Source: Chrysomallon squamiferum (taxonomy: Eukaryota; Animalia; Mollusca). Taken from it: DNA of 64,000 bases. The notes beneath the pieces were generated by a model, which was not told where the DNA came from, made no database searches, and saw only the letters and a list, made by a program, of their open reading frames with translations. The translations under genes were made by a program, and so were the position numbers. The DNA is taken from contig CM022679.1 of assembly GCA_012295275.1 (NCBI GenBank), positions 10,540,001-10,604,000 on the forward strand. The letters are read 5' to 3'. Shown in pieces: positions 55,145 through 64,000 of this stretch (position 1 is its first letter; each line of letters starts with the position of its first letter).

Positions 55145-57452
55145 AAGAAGAACAACAAAAAAAAAAAAAAAAAAAAAAAGACCACCAACAACAGCAACAA
55201 CATCCACAACATCAACCTCAACCACGACAACAAAAATAACCTAAATTTCTTCAGCTGCAACGTCATCATCATCATCATCATCATCAAAAACGACGACAGG
55301 AACAACACTAAGTCCGGTCGGATGGAAATAACCATCCATTACACGGAGACGTATCATCCAAGCCACTGATAACTTTTAATGAGTAGAAAACGATCGGAAC
55401 AGAATTAACTTGTCAGCTCTGACTTAAAACAGCAAAACGAGGTTGTAGCTGGTATTAGCACTGAGTGAAGTATTATTGTTACATCAGTCCTCTGAACTTT
55501 TCTGAAATATCTGTGTCTGGTCTCGATCTATAAATACGTGTCAGTGTAAATATAAATTTGTGTCAGTGTGTAGATACAAAACTCTGCTTAAATTATTATT
55601 GCATTTACGTGTTGTGTGTGTGTGTCTGTATGACTCTAAATATACAAATACATACATACATATATACATACATAAATACATACGTACATACGTACATACG
55701 TACATACGTACATACATACATACATACATACATACATACATAGTATTATACACATATACACATATGGTCATACATAAATACATGCATTCATAGATGCATT
55801 TATACATACATAAATAGATATATAAAAATAAATTCATAGACATGTTCCCATGTGTTTGTTAATACATGTAGGCTGGTATTTATGCAATTTCCAAGTCAAA
55901 ATTATTGTCTAAGCTCTAACTTATACGAATGAATGTATATGTATATACTTAATATTTAGGCACTCCCTCTGTACCATTCCTGATCTGTTCTTTACAACAT
56001 TATAATCAGATTAGTTTTTAATGTGTATCACTTAAGACACTTTTGTCAAACCTCTTACGTTTTTATAACCTTTAACACAACTGTTTTTTTTTTTTATTAT
56101 CCATTCATTTAAGTACAAGACTGTATTAAACATTTAAATTTTAGTACAGACCAAACTTTGCTTTTACGACAATTTTGACGGATGCGTAAATACAGCTGTA
56201 AAATCCCCCGTCTTTGCAGACTTGAGTCATCTGCCGTACAGAGAGCAACCAGACCATTTTGGTTACGTGCGTAAGTTTTGGGAGTAAGCGTAAACAAAAA
56301 CGTATCTTAATAGCAATCTACTAACATGGTACTCTCTATTTTTTCCACGCTTGTTACGACGGAATGGCTTTTTAAGATATTTAGAAGATTCGCAGGCAAG
56401 CTATTGATTACAGAATAATGCTGTCACTCATGGATGGCTTGGGTTCTTGTCTTCTCAGTCAGAAAGACTTATTAGAGATGGTTTACAACGTGTAGTGTGT
56501 TTTGTCGTAAGCAGGGATAATTCAGCAGACACTTTAGAGCCGCTCTTATGAAATTATATGAGTCGACCCCGTTTAATAATTTATTGTTTTTCATTTGTCA
56601 ATGCAAAAATGCCAAATGTGTGTGTACACGCAACAGACACATTGACATATGTCATTTCAGATACTGACATACATATAAGTAGGTAAAGCGAAATGCATAC
56701 ATTATAAGCGTGTCTACATACATACATTCATTCCGTACATACATACATGTATGTATGTATGTATGTATGTATGTATGTATGCATGTTTGTATATATTTGT
56801 AAATGTGTGTTTCAGTATAAGTCTGTGTATGTGTGTGTGTGTATATATATATATATACACAAAAAACACACACACATAATTTATACATGCATGCATATAT
56901 ATGTATGTATAGATGTATTTATGCAAATATGTATGCACCTACATCTGTCTGTACACAAATGTAGATAGATGGATAATATATATAAATAGACAGACAGAAA
57001 GACAGAAAGACAGACAGAGAAAGAATGTCAAAATAAGAAAGATATTATAAATAAAAGAAAAAGAAAACAAAGTTATTATGAATTACGGAAAAATTAATAA
57101 CCTTCAGATCAACTTACAGATATTCTATCTACATATCTGTAAAATGTATTTTCGTTACACATTTCCCCAGAGTTCACAGTCCGATTTCTAAAAATCTTCA
57201 GGCTATTTTCCATAATCCCTGTTCTTAATGCAGTGATTTGAAGTAAGAAATCGGAAGCGCCTTTCTGCACTGATTGAATGAAACCTTAACGACACACATT
57301 TCTTGTATGAAAATCATAAGATGTTTATTCTTATATATTAGCAGCAAACAGTCTTTAAATAGATCTTTCCTAAAAAAAAAAAATGTTAAAAAAAAAAAAA
57401 AAAAAAAAGGAAAAAAAAAAAAAAAAAAACACCCCCACAAAAACGAGAGTTA

Positions 57453-57620
57453 AATCATCTTGAGCAATATAATTTATCATCATTATTATCATCTTAACCA
57501 ATACGATAATCATCATCATTATCATCTAAATCAATACGACAATCATCTTTATTATCATCTTAACCAATACGACAATCATCATTACTGCCATCTTAACCAA
57601 TATCACCATCTGCAATATCT
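57453..57620. repeat. 33-bp minisatellite, ~4-5 copies
   Basis: catcattattatcatcttaaccaatacgacaat-like units; reads HHYYHLNQYDN in one frame. Confidence 0.9.
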
Positions 57621-59199
57621 CAATCCTCTTACTGTTGTTGTTTTTGTTTTTTGTCGTTCGAATTCTTTAAAAACAACACACATATTCTTTTTTCTTTGAT
57701 TTTTTCCTCCCACTGGAATTCAAAATTGATTCTATATGTTTGGTTCTGAAAGTAATGGCATAAAAAAAAAGGTATTTGCACAACCGTCATGTTCTTCGTT
57801 TCAGTACCCTACGTCTTGTGTCTGATGTGTAAAGGTAACCGTGATTTTTGTTTTCGAACAACTTCAGCCATTGATTCTGAATAACTGCCGCTAAGGTTCT
57901 TATAAAATAGGCCGATTATCTTGTGTACGTCTTCGACAATGATCATCATTTCAGACGGTTCCGCTCCGTGACTCTGCATAATTCATGACTGCTGATCATT
58001 AAGGCAGTAAATATGACAATGGGAACGATTCAGTGATGTCTTAAAGACGGTTATTACGACAGGGGAAATGTTATAAAAGACGGGAATATTTTACAGACGT
58101 AAATACGATGTCGGAGAATAAAGATGAGATTGCAGTAAAGTGATTTCTGGTGTCTTCTTTTTGTTAATATCGCAGAAGTGTATATCTGTCGTGGTAAGAA
58201 CAAAGACGTCTGAATGCGTTTGTTTAATGTCGAGTGATTATTTTTTTTTTTCTTTCTTTCTTTTGAATACACAGTACTGAAAACATGAATAAATACTCTC
58301 AGTTTATAAACATTTATTTCGACGGTATTGTTTTCGTTGTTACCCGCGTTGTAAGCAACAATAACCTATTACAATAAATAAAAAAAAAAAAAAAAATAAA
58401 AATTCCTGTCGATTCTTTAAAAATATTTATTAAAAAAAAACCCAAAACACACAACAACAACAAAATTCAGTAATAAGTAACTTTTATAGTAGACGGGAAT
58501 ATAAATCTTATAAATTTGTTTGATGTTGGAACCCGTCTGAAAAGTTTTTAAATAAGAATATGTAAAAAAGCTTCTTAATACTGAGATTAATACTGAGATT
58601 TTTTATTTGTAAATGTTTTTCTTGATTTTAGTGTTTTTATGGACGATTTTTAATATTACTTTTAGGACGAAATGTTTGGTACGTTAGTTAAACACTTTCT
58701 GACAGAACTGGGAACGAGTCATTGATTTTATTATGAGTCTTATTTTGGTTTATTAGAAACAAATTTCGAGAATTAAACAATTTAAACTGTTTGACATAAT
58801 TAGAAAAGAAAACTAACTCTTTAAATAAACATTAATACATTTTTTTTTTTGTTACATTCCTGTAATGATTAATGAAAATCAAAAAAAAAAAAAAAAAAAA
58901 AAAATAAAATTTAAATTTAAATTCAAATTCAAATTTAAAAGTTAATAAAAGAAAAAATAAATAAATAAAATAAAACAATAATAATAACATCTGATAAAAA
59001 AATAAAAGAAATCACGAATTCCTAAACAATATTTTAATATCCGGCCAAATAGCTTGATAACTGCAGAAGATAGCCGGCAAAAGAAAAAAGAAAAAAAAAG
59101 AAAAAAAAAAAGAAAACCGAAATAACAATCAAAAACAAGAGTCGAATATCCAAAACATTAAAGATGTCACTACGCGGAACTCTTCAGCCGAGAAACAAC

Positions 59200-59380
59200 A
59201 ATAATTGATTGGAAATTGCGCGAGCTGGCGCGTGCCTCTCGACAGACTCTTCTTGTAGTACTGGCATTTCGCCGTCCAATACCCCAGACGTAACTAAAGT
59301 TCCCAGATTCTTATTGGACAGCGTAGCGGGGTTTGTAACGAAAAACTGCTCGTACAATTGGCTTACGATGTATTAATACA
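59200..59380 (+). promoter_or_regulatory. Candidate CCAAT-rich, CpG-rich promoter
   Basis: ATTGG at 59208, 59313 and 59357; CCAAT at 59276; local CpG cluster (gcgcgagctggcgcgtg); strong donor just downstream. Confidence 0.5.
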
Positions 59381-59461
59381 GAACACTCGGTAATTTTCTT
59401 AGAAAAAGCTTAACAGGAATACGCGCAAAAATATCGGCTGCTGAAATCTTTATTAAAGAAG
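59380..59461 (+). other. Candidate non-coding first exon of a downstream gene
   Basis: Ends in GAAG|gtaagc (GT at 59462), followed by T-rich intron-like sequence. The 5' boundary is inferred. Confidence 0.45.
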
Positions 59462-60466
59462 GTAAGCAAATTGATTTATTTTTCATTTCACTTTTCATTT
59501 ATTATTTTTATTTTTTTTCTATTTAGATTTATATGTTTGGGGAAAATGTTAGTTTAAACCATTTGTCCTACAGACTTAATTTATCATCTTTCAAATAACA
59601 GTATACAAATACTGTTGTATGCAGTCTGCATAAAAAAAAAAAAAAAAGTATCAGATTAAGATAGACGAGTCCGGTACTACTAGATCAATATCGACTTGTT
59701 ATTTTTTTAGTCAGAAATATTGATAAATGACAGTGATGAAAAGTATTCACACTCTCATACAAACTTACAGTTACATACATAAGTACAATATACTAAAAAA
59801 AAAAGTGTTGTTTACTTTTTCTGAAACAATGTAATTGTTATATCTTCCCATAAATGTTAGCAAGGATTAGAAAGATATTTATAGCTTCCTCTTCGCAGAC
59901 GTTTTGTTTTTTAACAGACGTTCATTATTAACAAAACTCCATTAAAGTTAAATATAACTCTTTCTTTAATAGCCTTTGTTGATTATAAATCACTATTTCA
60001 ACAAGAGCAGGAAAAACAAGATGATAGTTTTATATACACTTAACTTTCTTCCTTCGCACGCAAATTGAAATTAAAAACACTACTTTGCATTTCTTGATTC
60101 AGTATAAACATACAGTGGTGCTGTAAAGTTGGATAACGAAAATATCTTTCTATGGTTTACTATTATCCTCATTATCATCATTATTACTCATCTTCATTAT
60201 TGTTATCGGTTCCAAAATAGCTATAGTGTTCATCAACACTACCATCATCCTGACCAACACCACTATTACCATCATCATTATGATAATCAGCATCTGAAGC
60301 TTTTGTCATCAAAATCGTCATCATCGTCATCATTATCATTATCATCATCATCACAACCAACACCACCAACATCAAAAACAATTATGATATTCAAGCGTCA
60401 TTTTCCCTATCACTAGCTTTTATTATTATTATTTGTGTTGTTGTTGTTGTTGTTGTTCTTCTTCTT

Positions 60467-60499
<33 letters not shown>

Positions 60500-61463
60500 A
60501 CTACTACTACTAAGAGTAATTAAGTTTATTTTTACGCTGGACATTGACAAAACGTCTTCTCTCTCTGCACATGTCTGATGTTATTTTCGCTCGTTCCTCT
60601 CGAGTTCGGAAGGCAGACATGACCAACACCGCCAGACGCCAACCGCTTAATTAAAAGAAAGGATTTCACGCCGAGTTCTACATCGGTAGCCAATTAAGGG
60701 AACCTTTAAACCATGGGAGTCGAATGTACACTTCGTAACCGCCATCATTTTCATTAGGCTTCAGCACAGTGTATCCTAGCCGAGCGAACAAACATCGAAC
60801 GTCTACGGCGTTGAAGCTGATTTAGAAAACGGGCTCGTTATTGCAGGATTAAATTGATAGAATTTGATTCTCGTCACAGTACGGAATACAGCACCTTTTA
60901 GGGTATATGATGATATGTATTGTATGAGTATTGGAGCATTTTTATTGCATTTATCGTCGTTTGATAAATTGTTTAGAAATTTAAATGTACATAAAATAAA
61001 GGTCATATGCCGGTTGGTGTGTTTTTTTGGTTCATACTACTACTACTACTACTACTACTACTATACTACTACTACTAACTACTAACATTTAACTTTAAAA
61101 GTTCAATTTAAAAGTCCTATCCACGTATCCCCTTTCATGCATTCCTGTATCCGCCTCTGAAATCCTAGACAGAGTTAATTGAATCGGTTGTGTAAAGTTG
61201 TTCTCTTGTTCTGACAGCATCGCTGTTGTGTAAACACCACTAATGTATTATCGTCTTGAGCTGCTACACTTATGTTGTGCAGTATATTTCTGGAACGTTA
61301 ATCCTGTAGTACTTCTTACCGTTGTTTGAACGTGCTTTCGAAAACATTTTAACAAGATTTGCCTGGTAAAGAACAAAATCGGAACAAGCCTAATGTTTCG
61401 AAGAATGTTTTTAAGTAGTTCTGGCAAAAACATTTTTTTTTTTTTGTTGTTGTTCTTTTTATT

Positions 61464-61500
<37 letters not shown>

Positions 61501-62038
61501 TGTTCTAGAACCCTTTCAATTTTTTCGAAAACGAAGAAAAAAGCAACAAGAACAAACCTCTTCCATTAACACCCAACCACAAGAAAAAAAAAAAGAAAAG
61601 AAAAAAATTCACAGCAAAACAAATTAAAGTAAAAAGCTCTCAAAGCCTTCACACTGTAAACAATGACTTTGCACACGTAGAGTCATTTTAATTTGGCTTT
61701 TTTAAGATGTGCGGTGATGAATGAAAATTTATAACAAAATTTCTACACGTAGTCTAAATGTTTTTTTAATTATCTTAATAATATTTCTTTCCTTTTGGCA
61801 CTTTACTAAATCCTTTATGGCTTTTTTTGTTTCTTCTTTCTTTCTTTATGGTTTTTTTATTTTCTTTCCTTTCCTTTCCTTTTCTTTTTCTTTCTATTCT
61901 TCATTCTTTATTTCCTTCACTTTTTTTTTTTTTTTTTTTATCTCATTCGTCAACCTGATTTTATTTTACACACACACACACACACAAAAAAAAGTGTTGT
62001 CTATAAGATGTAAATTAAAATCACCAGTTTAGACAGGT

Positions 62039-62079
<41 letters not shown>

Positions 62080-62708
62080 ATTTAAAAAAAAAGAGGCGCA
62101 TTTCAACTCAATTTAAGATTGAATGATTAGATATATCCAGTCCAACGCCTCACTGCATAACACGAAAAGAACTTTTGTTCAAATTATTTTTTTTTTTTTT
62201 TGATTCAGTATTATATTAGAATAATTGCACAGAGTAAGCGTATAATTCTTCTCCATTAAAGACACGTTTTTGCTGCTGACCGTTTAACGTCACGTGATGG
62301 AATATACAGATGCATTAAATGTCGTCTGCTTAAGCGATACTATTTTCCTAAATACAGATTCTGTTAACTCGTCAGGCGCGAAGTGATGATAGTTCGAAGT
62401 GATGATAGTTCGAGTAACAGGATCACAACGTATCCATCCATAAACAGTAAAGTGTAAACAGAAACCAAACAAAAAAATGGGTTTCTATAATTTATTTGTG
62501 GGAATTGTGCTTTTATTATCATCATCATCATCATCGTATCATTATATAAATCATTATAATCACCTTTGTCACTCATACATACATATACTATCTCTGTATA
62601 TGTGTGTGTGTCTGTGTAAATATATATACTTCTTCGCTTTGTTTTTTCTTTTTTTTTTCTGTAATATCTATCTATTAATCCATCGATCCATCTACATACC
62701 TATCAATT

Positions 62709-62819
<111 letters not shown>

Positions 62820-63493
62820 CCCAACCTCCCCAGTAATTCAGTCTTCTAACATTCATCTATCTCTTTTTAAATGTTTTTTGTTTTTTTGTTGTGGTTGTTG
62901 TTTTTTTATTTTTTCTTGATCTCCATTTCTCCGTCTCTCTCCATCATTCATCACTGACTTATTTATTCACACAAACTGAGGCAATCACTTACTTTCTGTC
63001 AAGGCGTAGTTCTGTGACAGATCGCTCGATTATGACTCGACTGGCTGTCAAACTGGTGTCATTAGCAGAATCTTTACATAATCACGTCTTGATGAGGTTT
63101 TTAGCAAATCGGAGTGTTTGCGCAGACGTCTCGTACCATCTGAATATACTTATACATTTTTAAATGTCCACTTTTGTATAATCCATTTTTATTTTTAAAA
63201 AAAGATTTTTTTTTCATTGCCCCAGAAAAAGAATTGATAACAACATTGTTATTACATATATTTCATACATCTACATACATAAACTGACGTACATACTATA
63301 TACAGAGACTGATGCATACAAATAGATATAAACAAATTAATATATCGCTAACATACATATACATATACACTTTGTATAACCAAGTTATTGTTTATCAAAG
63401 AAGTATATTGGTAAGACAAATATTTCGTTTGCGTTTCTCTTGATTTGTTGTCAACAGAATATCAAAATATTACTGACATGTAAAATAGTTCAT

Positions 63494-63565
<72 letters not shown>

Positions 63566-64000
63566 AACAAATGAATAAATAAATTCAATTACCGACGACC
63601 AAAAAAGTTTGAACAAAAAATATACCGATAAAAAAAAGAAAAAAAGAAAGAAAAAAAAACCTTTACCAGCTTATAATTACAACCAATTTAACTTTCCTGA
63701 AATGTAATTTCATTTCATTTTAAGCTTGTGAAAAATCGAACTGACAATTTGATTTGAGCTGACACAGAATCTTAGATACTGCGGCTCTTCAAACAAGGAA
63801 AGAATCCTAAAGAGTGAATTCGCAAAAAAATATATGTATTTTAAAAATTATAGAATTTAAAAAAAAAAATAATAAAAAAAATATATATATTTTTTTAATA
63901 GATTACATGAAGCGAATAGCAGATCATCTTTCTTTATAATTAAATCTGAATATTTTGTGTTTATTTTATTTTTATTCACAGCACAGAATCATTCAGTCAT

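Noticed and set aside
61140-61160. cctgtatccgcctctg, resembling a DNA-transposon terminus
   Set aside because: No matching opposite end or target-site duplication found.
62379-62410. 16-bp perfect direct repeat cgaagtgatgatagtt x2 (C-box-like gtgatga)
   Set aside because: A simple local duplication with no convincing C/D snoRNA structure.

Overview
This is very AT-rich, microsatellite-dense animal genomic DNA; the repeat content suggests a lophotrochozoan, probably a gastropod mollusc (inference). One protein-coding gene is well supported: the 3' part of a + strand LITAF/CDIP1-family (zf-LITAF-like) gene. Its Gly/Pro/Tyr/Gln-rich N-terminal region is built from at least six symmetric phase-1 microexons of 18-27 nt spread over about 7 kb, none of which is called as an exon by the ORF track. 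Two ordinary exons follow and encode the CxxC...HxCxxC domain (stop 8814-8816), then a probable ~4 kb 3' UTR. Partial protein: (G)[147 protein letters not shown]. The gene is strongly CpG-depleted, and CpG returns at about 14-15 kb. The remaining ~50 kb has no recognisable coding sequence. It holds TA-flanked Tc1/mariner-pogo MITEs, decayed SINE-like copies, mini- and microsatellites, several candidate cis-regulatory clusters, a few orphan exon-like segments and a CCAAT-rich promoter with a candidate first exon at about 59.2-59.5 kb. Nearly all ORF-track entries are simple-repeat artefacts.
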